Shown here piece after piece: positions 26,135-35,536 of a stretch of DNA of 36,180 nucleotides; the stretch's first letter is position 1; every line of letters begins with the position of its first letter. The DNA is from Candidatus Omnitrophota bacterium (lineage in GTDB: Bacteria; Ratteibacteria; UBA8468; MWAK01): the NCBI GenBank assembly GCA_043797665.1, contig JAZDPL010000032.1, positions 1-36,180 on the forward strand, written 5' to 3'. A program made the translations under genes and the position numbers. Below the pieces are notes generated by a model. That model searched no databases, was not told the origin of the DNA, and saw only the letters and a program-made list of their open reading frames with translations.

Positions 26135-28078
26135 CTAGGGGTTCTTTTGAGAGTATAACAAAAGGAGGGAGCCGGGTACTTCAGGAATAGTAATCTTTAT
26201 CCGGGAAAGTTTTGCACCGGACATAGCCTTGCGTGGAGGGTCATCAAAAGTGGCGGTGAGACCGACTTCATACTGAGCCTCCGGCTCAATCGCCTGAAGA
26301 GAGACCTCCATGGTCGGAAAAGGGCTTTCGTGGCGACGGAAGAAGAGGGCAATCCCTGCCTGCAGGTCTGGCCGGTGGTACTGGTAGGCGCACCAGTCGT
26401 GGGTCCCCAGGGTAAGTGGTATCAAGGGATAGAAATCCCCTGAAAAGTAGGGGCGTAACCGTTTCAGTTCCGCAATCGCTTTTTTCGCCTCCTCCTCGGG
26501 GAAGTCTGCTCTCCGTACGTCACCGTAAAGAACAACTCCGGTGGACATAGCGCTGCGGAAATCATAAGGTGTAAATGTCCAGACTCCGGCAGTATGTAAC
26601 GGTACCCAGCGGGATAAGCCTGCGGTCTGAATCTGGTCGCCAATCTGGAGTCCTTTGCCGTAGGTGGGACCACCAAAATCGGAGAAATCACTGCGCCAGA
26701 GCGGAAAAGACCGGCTGATGGTCTCCAAATCAATCCTTCTGCCGCCGCTGGAACAGTTGTCAATCAACAGACCGGAATGACGCTGCCGGAGTTCATCCCA
26801 CATCCGGTAGAGTCCTTCAATATGCCTGATTTCGCTCATTCCGACCCGGTCGGTCTGGTCGTTAGCCTGCCAGTAGGGTAATGGGTCAAAGTTGAAGTCC
26901 TGCCGGTAGATGTCTATACCCTGGCTGGTAATAATTTCTGAGAGGAGGTTGGTCAGGTAGGCACGCGCTTTCGGTAAACCCAGGTTAAAGAGCCGGTTAT
27001 CTGGGTCAACCTCAACGTGGAGCAGAAATTCCGGGTGTTCTTTGTCTGTCCGGGTGCCTTTGCGTACCCGTTCCGGTTCAAACCAGAGGAGAAACTTCAG
27101 GCCGGCGTTATGGACCGCATCGCTGATGGGTTTGAGTCCGTTGGGAAAGAAGTCAGGCCGGATATTCCAGTTTCCAACCTCCTGCCACCACTCTCCGCCG
27201 GAACCGTACCAGCAGGCATCTATCCAGTGGACTTCAACGCCAACCCTTTTTCCCCGTTCCACCGATTCTAATTCCAGGGGTTCACTGTCTTTCTGCGTTA
27301 GGTAATACGAAGCCTGGGTACTGAGCGCCACCGGCGGTATGGCTAATTCTGAACCAGACTTCGGCGTATAGTAACGAAGGATAATCTGGCGCAAAAGGTT
27401 ATTGCCCGCAATCGGTTCTTTACCTTCCCACTCAATCAGTAATATTCTGGGAGTCCGGATTCGTTCTCCCGGGTGGAGAATAAGGTGGGTCTTCTCCATT
27501 CCTCCGGTAACACGGAAAGCGGTTTCACCGCGGTCAAAGGTAGCCAGCCACTGGCCGGACCAGCCAATAGCCAGGACAAGACCACCTTCGGGTTTTTGCA
27601 GGTTCATAAAGGGCAAAACTCCGTTGGAGGAACGGCCGCCGATTGGTTTCAGGGAGAAGTTCTGGTTCGGGTGAATCTGTTCGGTAATCGGCAGGAAATC
27701 GTCCATCCGGCACAGACTGCCTTTGGCATGGTGCAGGAAAGTCTTTTCTTCCTTCGGACAATCCCAGGTTATGTCCAGGGGCAGAATATCGCTGATAATG
27801 GGAGTATCTTTCTTGCCGTTATTAACGAATTCCAGAACCCAGTCAACCGCATCAAAGGGATGAGATTCTTTAGGTGAGGAATCGTATTCACGGATACGGT
27901 TGATTACGCTCAGACCGGTCTTCGGGTCAGTAAGGGTGATTTTCCGGACATTCCCTTCCGGCATTTTTTCGGAACGCTCTTCCGCTTTCCATCCGGGGAT
28001 AAATTCCGGGGAAGATTTCCCGTCGTACCGGAAAGATATGGGCGGCAGTACCTTATCCTGCCAAAATTTCTTTTTCAT
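26135..28078 (-). CDS. GH36 alpha-galactosidase
   Basis: WIDACW, FPNGLKP, LWFEPE, nucleophile YRQDFN, NCSSGGRR, acid/base WRSD. Confidence 0.92.
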   Translation of the reverse strand: MKKKFWQDKVLPPISFRYDGKSSPEFIPGWKAEERSEKMPEGNVRKITLTDPKTGLSVINRIREYDSSPKESHPFDAVDWVLEFVNNGKKDTPIISDILPLDITWDCPKEEKTFLHHAKGSLCRMDDFLPITEQIHPNQNFSLKPIGGRSSNGVLPFMNLQKPEGGLVLAIGWSGQWLATFDRGETAFRVTGGMEKTHLILHPGERIRTPRILLIEWEGKEPIAGNNLLRQIILRYYTPKSGSELAIPPVALSTQASYYLTQKDSEPLELESVERGKRVGVEVHWIDACWYGSGGEWWQEVGNWNIRPDFFPNGLKPISDAVHNAGLKFLLWFEPERVRKGTRTDKEHPEFLLHVEVDPDNRLFNLGLPKARAYLTNLLSEIITSQGIDIYRQDFNFDPLPYWQANDQTDRVGMSEIRHIEGLYRMWDELRQRHSGLLIDNCSSGGRRIDLETISRSFPLWRSDFSDFGGPTYGKGLQIGDQIQTAGLSRWVPLHTAGVWTFTPYDFRSAMSTGVVLYGDVRRADFPEEEAKKAIAELKRLRPYFSGDFYPLIPLTLGTHDWCAYQYHRPDLQAGIALFFRRHESPFPTMEVSLQAIEPEAQYEVGLTATFDDPPRKAMSGAKLSRIKITIPEVPGSLLLLYSQKNP

Positions 28079-28079
28079 C

Positions 28080-28481
28080 TCAGATGGTCTTTCTCTTTTC
28101 CCAGAATTTACGGACGCTCATAATGGCGATACCTTTAAATTCAATCCTATCCAAAAGGTCTTTATCTCCGGTAACGATGACGTCGGCCTTTTCGGCCCAG
28201 GCGGTACCCAGAACCTTTAGGTCGTTAGAGTCCCGGCAGGCATCCGAGGGTACATCCAGAGGCACTACTATTTTTGTCTCCTCAGTTAAGAACCGCCGGT
28301 GCTCCCGGGTTTTATCCTTGGGCATGCGGAAGTCTTTTTCTAATGACTCAATTACTTCCTCAATTATAAATTGGCTGGTGATAATCTCATGTTCCGAGAG
28401 GCAATAGCTAAAGACTTCGGAACACAGCCCCTGGGTACCAAAAGCAGAGACTATGACGTTGGCATCCAGGACAATCTTCAT
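28080..28481 (-). CDS. PIN-domain (VapC-like) toxin
   Basis: KIVLDANVIVSA, CRD..D..V, IVTGDKDLL. Confidence 0.92.
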   Translation of the reverse strand: MKIVLDANVIVSAFGTQGLCSEVFSYCLSEHEIITSQFIIEEVIESLEKDFRMPKDKTREHRRFLTEETKIVVPLDVPSDACRDSNDLKVLGTAWAEKADVIVTGDKDLLDRIEFKGIAIMSVRKFWEKRKTI

Positions 28482-28699
28482 CGGTTATCTTTCTGGAAAA
28501 CATCTTCATCGGTGTAAAAGCCAGCCCTTTCAGCGTAGGAGATAGTTTCTACCCTCAGTTCCCGAAAGCGCTGGACCGCAAGGTAGCGCTGGATGGCTTC
28601 CCGAACCAACTGGCTCGCCTTAAGATTGGTTCTTTTGCAGGTAGATTCTAACCTGTATTTCAGTTCCACCGGTAACCGCACCGTAATCGTATCACTCAT
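28478..28699 (-). CDS. Ribbon-helix-helix/CopG antitoxin
   Basis: TITVRLP.ELK..LE..C......S.LVREAI.RYL; GGAGG RBS; ATGA overlap with the toxin. Confidence 0.88.
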   Translation of the reverse strand: MSDTITVRLPVELKYRLESTCKRTNLKASQLVREAIQRYLAVQRFRELRVETISYAERAGFYTDEDVFQKDNR

Positions 28700-28700
28700 C

Positions 28701-28748
28701 GTCTTACCTCCGTAAGACAATATAACACATCAAGGAAACCAAAGTCAA
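28701..28748 (-). promoter_or_regulatory. TA promoter with palindromic operator
   Basis: TTGACT-18 bp-TATATT with a TG extended -10 on the - strand. Perfect IR gtcttac-N4-gtaagac (28701-28718) covers the +1/RBS region. Confidence 0.75.
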
Positions 28749-28759
28749 TAATCTGTGGT

Positions 28760-28915
28760 TCAGACAGTCTTAACTATATTTCCAAGGGTACGAAATTTCT
28801 GGTTTGCTACACAGCCGCAATCAAAAACACCGGGGATGGCAAACCACGATTCAAAAAATTCTTTCATCGTCCCCGGGTAAATTACCCGCTTGATGTTCAT
28901 CCAGGTAAGTTCGTC
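28760..28915 (-). pseudogene. C-terminal remnant of a beta-propeller glycosidase-like gene
   Basis: My translation DELTWMNIKRVIYPGTMKEFFESWF aligns with DQQTWTNLRRAVFEGSLNEFYKWAF of the 29248 gene. No N-terminus present. Confidence 0.65.
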
Positions 28916-29247
28916 TATTTCATTGGGCGTAAGGACGGTAACAAACTATTAAACACTTCCACCGGCCAGTGGGAAAGACGGTGAAATCCTGCGGGTACTA
29001 CCTGTTGAAACTGCACGTACGCCTTCACATCCCCTTTTTTCGAAAACAATCTGATTTGTATCCTGATAGACGGCTTCCGCATTGAATCCGCAACTCATCT
29101 TCAAATCGAAATTGAAAAACTGCACCGGGTCCACACTCTTCGGATAGCACTGTAAATACCACAAAAATCCTTATATGTTAATGACCTGTTTTTATCCGTC
29201 CCTATGCCCGGCAATTCCTGTTTTTTTGCCGCGGTATAGATGGCTTT

Positions 29248-29750
29248 CTATAATGTGAATGCCCATTTATAAAATTCATTAAGGCTCCCCTCAAAAACAG
29301 CCCGCCGGAGATTGGTCCAGGTCTGCTGATCGCCGATGGCATAGTACAGATAGATCTTACCCTCATATTCCACAATGTCGGGGTCCGAGTTGTTGCAGCC
29401 CTCATCCGGATCGTCCGGCGTCAAAATCGGGTTGCGGAGCGACAGTTCCCACTTTCTTAAATCAGAAGAACGGGCAAGCCAGGTCTCAAACCGGCGGGGT
29501 TGCAAATATTCCACATACAACGAGTAATAATGTCCTTCGGAATACCGCAAACAGGGGCAGGCGGTCTGTCGGTCTAGTGTAAAGACTGCGCCGGGCACAC
29601 GGAGGTATTGAACATCGCTTCGCCGGGCTGACCCGGAGTAAAGATGGCACGCGTGGCAAATACATAGATGCTGTCTTTCACTACCACTGCCGACGCCAAT
29701 CCGTGTCCTTGTGCCAGTTCGGCCATGACGCGGCCGCTGGCAGACACTGA
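29248..29750 (-). pseudogene. Five-bladed beta-propeller glycosidase-like pseudogene (frameshift and probable internal deletions)
   Basis: One frame reads AELAQGHGLASAVVVKDSIYVFATR..FNTSVC, then shifts near 29597 to PGAVF..TACPCLRY..ARSSDLRKWE..NPIL..NNSDPD. Confidence 0.7.
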
Positions 29751-29753
29751 TTT

Positions 29754-30030
29754 TTATAATTTGAGGTCAGGCCGATGTAATTGATAAACCAGCCAGGTGC
29801 CGGCATCCAGGATGCATGGCGTCAACGGATAAAATTCGCCGTAAAAATACGGACTCGCCCTCCGAAAATCATTCATCATTTTACGATGCCAGTCCCATGG
29901 ATAATCAGCGCTTCTATAATCCTGTCTGCTTCCGACTTCATCAATGCAGAACACCATGCCGGCAGCCATTGCCGATCTCACTTGATAGTTGTCGCCAGGC
30001 ATTTTTTAAACTCGGGACCGCCGACAGCGT
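29754..30030 (-). pseudogene. Internal/C-terminal fragment of a third GH36 alpha-galactosidase paralog
   Basis: Y.VRSAMAAG...YFYGEFYPLT...W.VYQLHRPDL aligns with the C-terminal parts of the 26135 and 33043 GH36 proteins. Catalytic barrel absent. Confidence 0.85.
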
Positions 30031-30041
30031 ATGTAATCTCA

Positions 30042-30851
30042 TTAGCGGTTGCAACCAAGAATATCGCGCACAATAGCGGCGTTTTCTTCGACCATGTCAT
30101 CTTTATCGCCGCGATGCACGCCGACATTCACCACGTCGGTGGCTTTGATTCCCTCAAAAACATATTCGAACGCCATGCGCGGGTCGATCCGGCCCGCGCC
30201 CATAATCTTGTAAGCGATGCACGGCTTCTTGATCCGGCGCACGCATTCGACTGCGGCCCCCATCCCGCTCAATTTGAATTGTTGTCCTTTTCCGGCATGC
30301 AGACTGCCGCAGTCGAAAAAACATACGGCATGGAAATCGGCGACGCCCAGGCTGTCCGCCCATAAATGCACTTCCGGCGCGTGGCCGGCCACACCCGCGG
30401 GCACGCCGCGCGACCGCGCATAGTCGCACCAAATCCGTATTGTTTCCTTATCCTGCTTGCGGTAGACATCGTCCACCAGCCCGCCATGGAAGTAGAGCGC
30501 CTTGCAGCCGATTTCCACCGCATGGTCAATGGAATTGAACATGTCGGGCTTGTTCCGTCCGCTGACCTGCGCAATCCACTGCAGAGCGCCCCCGTCACCC
30601 AGGTACTCCCGAACCGCCTGGACAACATGGGTAGTATCGTTGTTTGTAATCATTGCATTAATGCCCGCCGCCTCCGCGCGCGTCCAGGTCTCCTTGATGC
30701 GCTCGACCGTGTAGTACGCCAGCATCTCCTTATCGCGTTCCGCGCTTTGATGGCTGAAGCCTCCAAACGGATTGGCGCCCAATACGAGCCGCGTCACCGT
30801 GAGCCCGCAGAAATCAACTGTCGGCAATAATGTTGCTCCGTTTCTGGTCAT
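30042..30851 (-). CDS. Conserved hypothetical protein, aldo/keto-reductase-like TIM barrel
   Basis: 269 aa, LPTV...L.VTRLVLGANPFGGFSH, AGHAPE, YKIMGAGR. AAGGA RBS. Confidence 0.7.
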   Translation of the reverse strand: MTRNGATLLPTVDFCGLTVTRLVLGANPFGGFSHQSAERDKEMLAYYTVERIKETWTRAEAAGINAMITNNDTTHVVQAVREYLGDGGALQWIAQVSGRNKPDMFNSIDHAVEIGCKALYFHGGLVDDVYRKQDKETIRIWCDYARSRGVPAGVAGHAPEVHLWADSLGVADFHAVCFFDCGSLHAGKGQQFKLSGMGAAVECVRRIKKPCIAYKIMGAGRIDPRMAFEYVFEGIKATDVVNVGVHRGDKDDMVEENAAIVRDILGCNR

Positions 30852-30890
30852 TGTGGTTTTCCTTTCCTTTTATTTACTCATTCGTTCCGG

Positions 30891-31292
30891 CTATTTTTTG
30901 TAGGTTTCGTAACGTTGAACCGCCTGGTGAAAAGCCAGGACGCTTTCCCAGGGCACTTCCTCCGTTAACGTATGGCACGGCGCGGCAATATAGCCGCCGC
31001 AAACGGCTAGTCCTCTGTCCTGTAATGCCTTGACCTGTTCTCCGCATGCCGCAATGTCTCTGGCATCAGGCAACGGCCGCCATTCCCTCGATGAAATTCC
31101 CTTAGGGCATTCGGGAAGCGTAATATAGACATAACGCACGTCGTGACGGAAAAAGCCGGCAAAATCCAGATCCGGGATGTTCTGTTCCGACCGCAGGCGT
31201 TCAACCATTTCACCGGAAGGGCGCAGGTTAAACGGAACGCGGTCCGATTCGAGATGCCGCAATATGGTTAAAATGCGTTCTCTTGAAGTCAT
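30891..31292 (-). pseudogene. URO-D family gene with a large in-frame internal deletion
   Basis: Family N-terminus MTSRERI......DRVP is joined directly to the family C-terminus GGYIAAPCH..VPWE. 133 aa versus 361 aa for the neighbouring paralog. Confidence 0.82.
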
Positions 31293-31306
31293 TATGCACA
31301 CTTCTT

Positions 31307-31738
31307 CTATATAATGTTTAACATTTTACTGATAAGCACCTTACACAGGATGAGCAATGCCCGGAACGCCAGGGCAAAATGCCGCAGTTCATCCGTGTGG
31401 CACTTGTCCATGAACAATCCGCCCTGGGTGATACGCTGGGCATCCAATTCCGCCATGGCATGGGCGAAGGATTCCAGGTAATGCTCGCCGGACGGCATGG
31501 GATCATAGATGCGTAACTGCGACTCAAACCACCAGCCGTCTTTCGGGTACGGACAGTTCATTCTTACCAATCCATCGGCGGGTTTCCCATCCATATCCCG
31601 GGCCAGCGCCAGACTCGGGTTATTCGGGTAGAACCATGTTCCAGGTACGTCTCCGCCGGATAATTCTGAGTGCAGTCAAAACTGACCAGCAGATTGCCTT
31701 GTGATTTGTTTTTTAGACATGATATTCTGATCAGACAT
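31307..31738 (-). pseudogene. Fragmented gene of unknown function
   Basis: GAGGAGG RBS and ATG at 31738; frame breaks at an A6 run; protein-like segments continue in different frames (LLVSFDCTQNY.., DGWWFESQLRIYDP.., HAMAELDA). Confidence 0.5.
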
Positions 31739-31753
31739 AACAACCTCCTCTTT

Positions 31754-31843
31754 GATATGGGAAAATCCCAAAAACCAGTTTGAACCACAAGTCAGTCTGG
31801 GCAAAGATACCCCACCCACTATCGTTCTAGAAAATTTATCCAT
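31754..31843 (-). pseudogene. N-terminal stub of a paralog of the 30042-30851 protein
   Basis: GAGGGG RBS then MDKFSRTIVGGVSLPRLTCGSNWFLGFSHI, similar to LPTVDFCGLTVTRLVLGANPFGGFSHQ. It then runs directly into the RBS of the next gene. Confidence 0.72.
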
Positions 31844-31873
31844 GATTTCCCCTCACCTGTTTTAGGAGCGCAT

Positions 31874-32959
31874 TTATTTTCCGAACGGATAATAGCGCAG
31901 GGCCGTTTCAAACATCGCGAAGATGTTCTCCGGAGGTGTACCTGCTTGAATCGCATGCGCTGGTCCAATAATATACCCTCCGCTTCTCCCTAAGATTGAT
32001 ATTAGATGTTCAACCTCTTTCCAAACATCGTTACTGCTTCCGAAGGGAAGCGTTTTTTGAACACTCACTCCTCCCTCGAACGACAACTCGCGTCCGTACT
32101 TTTCCTTCATCTCAACCGGGTTCATTCCTTTAGCATCGAACTGCAGTGCCTGTAGGACATCGATCCCCATAGCAATGAGGCCGGGAATTGCTTCCATAAT
32201 GGCACCATCCGTGTGGTAGATGACGCGCACCCCGAATTCATGAATCACCGCATTGAGTCTAATATGATACGGTTTTATGAATTGCTCCCACATATCCAGA
32301 GACATAAGTAACCCGCCTTGCCCTCCGATGTCGTCGGCAGTGAAAGCAAGGTCAATCATACCTTCCGCCTCAGCCAAGATCTTCCTGTAATGCGCTACGA
32401 AAAAATCCGTAACTTGTGTCATTATTACATGCGCCAGTTCAGGGTTAATGGCCAAATCCATGAACATTTGCTGAAAACCGCGCATATACCATGAGGTCTC
32501 AAACATGTTGGCGCCTGATATCATGAGACACCTCTCACGTTCCTTTTGGATCTTAGCCACCTGTTGGGGAATCACGGAATAGTTGAATATGTTCGTAGTA
32601 GGCCATGGGTGCTTTCGCACGTCGTCAACCGTTTTCGCATCTGCAAGCGGGTGGTGGACTATCTCATCGTAAATTCCGAGGCCGTAGCTGATTGGCTTCC
32701 GTTCAACTCCCCAAATGTCCTGACCCACTGAAAGACGCGGCCCAACATAGTCGGGCGCGACCCCTTTGATATCGACAATGTCGTCCAGATACTTACCGAT
32801 GCCGATGGCTCGTTCGCGCTTCAGGTAATCGTCGAAATGACGTCGGGCCGGTTCATTGATGCCCGAGCAGACCATTGCAATAGGGATCCGGTCAGTCTCT
32901 TTGTGTTGAAGAGCCAATAGGACCCGCTCTCTGCCGGAGAGCTGATGTCTTCTCAACAT
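31874..32959 (-). CDS. Uroporphyrinogen decarboxylase (URO-D)/MtaA-CmuA family protein
   Basis: RERV..AL...E.DRIP, RGFQQMFMDL, DDIGGQ, YHTDG, GGYIIGPAH.IQ..TPPENI. Confidence 0.9.
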   Translation of the reverse strand: MLRRHQLSGRERVLLALQHKETDRIPIAMVCSGINEPARRHFDDYLKRERAIGIGKYLDDIVDIKGVAPDYVGPRLSVGQDIWGVERKPISYGLGIYDEIVHHPLADAKTVDDVRKHPWPTTNIFNYSVIPQQVAKIQKERERCLMISGANMFETSWYMRGFQQMFMDLAINPELAHVIMTQVTDFFVAHYRKILAEAEGMIDLAFTADDIGGQGGLLMSLDMWEQFIKPYHIRLNAVIHEFGVRVIYHTDGAIMEAIPGLIAMGIDVLQALQFDAKGMNPVEMKEKYGRELSFEGGVSVQKTLPFGSSNDVWKEVEHLISILGRSGGYIIGPAHAIQAGTPPENIFAMFETALRYYPFGK

Positions 32960-33042
32960 TGTTATCGGTGCCGGGGATCACAAATAGATGATTGCGCCCC
33001 TTTTCTTTCATTTTTTATTTGACACTTCCCATTCCAGTGACC

Positions 33043-35523
33043 TTACAATGCCCGCAAGAAGAAGAGCCGGCTTTCGCGCGGCTTGGGAATATGAACCAGG
33101 AATCCTGCCGAGAGAAGGACATCGCCGCCGGCCTCCCGCTTTTCACCGGTATTCGCGTCTTCAACCACGTAGCGTTTATTCCCGTCGAGTCCCTGCAAAA
33201 CCAGTTGAGCCGAGAGGAACGGGCACTGCTCCCTTCGGAACACAACGAAAAAACCCTCGCCAAGGTCGTCCCTGTGCATCTGATACGCCGCCCAAACATC
33301 CTTGTTCGTTGAGGCGGTGCCGGAAAGGAGCGGATAAAAGTCGCCCGCGAAAGCCGGGCGGCATCTTTTCAGTTGTGCGATCATGGTCCTGAGCCACTGC
33401 CAGGAATAATCCTTCGGCATTTCAGCCATGATCGCATCGTCGATCAGCGGCTCCAATACGATGCCCGCCGCCAGGGCGCTCCGGAAATCGTAAGTGTCAT
33501 TTGAACAAACGAACGTACCCGTGGCGCTGAACGGAACCCAGTAATTAAGCCCGATGCCGTGAATCTGGCTGCCGGTGGCCCGGTCAGTGGCATCTAATTT
33601 CGGGTTGCACTGGTAGTCGCTCCGCCATAACGGAATACTTCTCCTGATCGTCTCCAGGTCAATTCTTTTTCCGCCTCCGGCACAGTTGTCAATGAGAAGA
33701 TGGGGGTGCCTCCGCCGCAATTCATCCCAAAACTCGTAAAGTCCCTCAATATGCCTGATTTCGGTCATGCCCTGGCGGTCCTGGGGATCGTTGTTCCGCC
33801 AGAAGAGCAGCGGCGCCATGTTGAAGTCCTGCCGGTAAATGTCCACGCCATCGCGTTCAATCAAACTGGAGACGTAATCGGTCAGGAAACGCCTCGCTTC
33901 CGGAATACCCAGATTGAGAAGGCGGATTTCTCCTCCCCAGGAGGGGCTGATGAACCACTCCGGATGTTCTTTGGGCCACAACGTGCCGGCCCATGCGCGC
34001 TCCGGTTCAAGCCAGAGGATGAATTTCATTCCTGCTTTGCGCGCGGCATCGCTGATTGGCCTGAGACCGTTCGGGTGCGTGCCGGGATTAATTGACCAAT
34101 GGCCAACGTCTGTATACCAATTCTCGCGGTCAACCGGCGTCCTTTTCGGGCCAAACCAGCCGGCATCCATCCAGTAGCAGTCGCAGTCGGCATGTTCCGC
34201 TTCAAGTTTTCTGATCCGTTCAAGGTGAGCAGAAGTCGGGGTGGCGCCCCAGGTGGCAAATGAAACAGGTGTCAGCGGCGGCTGACCACCCGGACGCGGC
34301 GTCCCGTGGCGCACAAGGAACCGTCTCAATAGATTGTGGCCGGTCAACGGTTCGCCCTCCCAGAAAACGAGCAGAATCCGCGGCAGACGGATTTCTTCGC
34401 CGGGATGCAGCGATATCCGGGTCCGTTCCAGGCCGGCGCGGATTTTCAGCAAATCATCGTCAACTCGATTGAAGTCCGCAAGCCACGCCCCGGTCCAGCC
34501 AATCGCCATTACAAAACCTTCTTTATCCGTTTCAACGTTAAAAAATGGAAGCCATAAGTACGATGACCGTCCATCTACGCCGGGCGTCATTCGCACGTTT
34601 GTGCCGGGCGCGAGAGACTCCTTTAAATATTGGAAGTCATCCATTGCCGCCATGGCTCCGCGGGACCGGTAAAGCATAGTGGTTGTTGCGGCCGGCCATG
34701 AAAAATCCGCCGACAGAATGTCCGCAATGATCGGCGTGTTGACTCGCCCATTGTTTTTGAGACGGAGCACATATTCTACAGCGGGAAAATCGGTAAATTC
34801 CGTCGCCTCCACCGCGACCGTAAGGCCGGTTACCGGATCGTTCCAGACCGCCTTTTTGCGCGCAAAACTGTCGCCGGTCGGGAAGATCTCCACCGCGAAG
34901 CGCGAACGCGCCAGGACCTCTGCCGAGGATTGGCCGTCCATCGTAAACGAGATCGGGGGAACTCCAAACGGGAGCTTTTGCACGGGCATGCCCACCGACA
35001 CGGCGGTTCCGTTCTCAATCTCAATCCGGATGTCCGCCCAATCGGCGTGGGCCAGGATGATGCAGCCATTGATTTCCCGCGTTTTCATCGTCAACTCGCT
35101 CGTGCCGTTGAGGTCAACCTGCACCTCAAGAGGCGGGCTGACCAGCCCGAGGGGTTCGCTCGCAAAGAGCTCTTTTCCCCCGGCTTCAACGGAGAAAACT
35201 ATCCGCTCTTTCTGCGAAGAAGGGAACGTCAGACTGCTTTTGTTCCGGTCCATTCCGGCAAACGCGCAAAATCGTTTTCCGCGCGACGGGAGTTTCAATG
35301 CAATTTCGCTGTCGGCATGTGTGCCGATGCCGGATGAAAAAACCCGGCCGCCAATGCACAGAGGTTCATCGGTAATGGATCTCCCATGCTTGGGAAATCC
35401 CCAGCCCTGGCACCGGCACTCCATCGCCACTTGTGGGTTAGAATCAACCAGGCCGCCGAACGCAGCCTTGGACCAATCCCGCGCGAGTTTCAGCGATGCT
35501 TCGTTCAATATATATTTAGACAT
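33043..35523 (-). CDS. GH36 alpha-galactosidase with N-terminal NPCBM/NEW2 domain
   Basis: GIGTHADS and HADWAD (NPCBM); WMDAGW, LWLEPE, YRQDFN, NCAGGG.R, WRSD. Confidence 0.92.
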   Translation of the reverse strand: MSKYILNEASLKLARDWSKAAFGGLVDSNPQVAMECRCQGWGFPKHGRSITDEPLCIGGRVFSSGIGTHADSEIALKLPSRGKRFCAFAGMDRNKSSLTFPSSQKERIVFSVEAGGKELFASEPLGLVSPPLEVQVDLNGTSELTMKTREINGCIILAHADWADIRIEIENGTAVSVGMPVQKLPFGVPPISFTMDGQSSAEVLARSRFAVEIFPTGDSFARKKAVWNDPVTGLTVAVEATEFTDFPAVEYVLRLKNNGRVNTPIIADILSADFSWPAATTTMLYRSRGAMAAMDDFQYLKESLAPGTNVRMTPGVDGRSSYLWLPFFNVETDKEGFVMAIGWTGAWLADFNRVDDDLLKIRAGLERTRISLHPGEEIRLPRILLVFWEGEPLTGHNLLRRFLVRHGTPRPGGQPPLTPVSFATWGATPTSAHLERIRKLEAEHADCDCYWMDAGWFGPKRTPVDRENWYTDVGHWSINPGTHPNGLRPISDAARKAGMKFILWLEPERAWAGTLWPKEHPEWFISPSWGGEIRLLNLGIPEARRFLTDYVSSLIERDGVDIYRQDFNMAPLLFWRNNDPQDRQGMTEIRHIEGLYEFWDELRRRHPHLLIDNCAGGGKRIDLETIRRSIPLWRSDYQCNPKLDATDRATGSQIHGIGLNYWVPFSATGTFVCSNDTYDFRSALAAGIVLEPLIDDAIMAEMPKDYSWQWLRTMIAQLKRCRPAFAGDFYPLLSGTASTNKDVWAAYQMHRDDLGEGFFVVFRREQCPFLSAQLVLQGLDGNKRYVVEDANTGEKREAGGDVLLSAGFLVHIPKPRESRLFFLRAL

Positions 35524-35536
35524 ATCAATTCTCTTC

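Noticed and set aside
28949..29164. 71-aa - strand ORF
   Set aside because: No recognisable family or RBS. Probably another fragment of the decayed region, but I cannot support a call.
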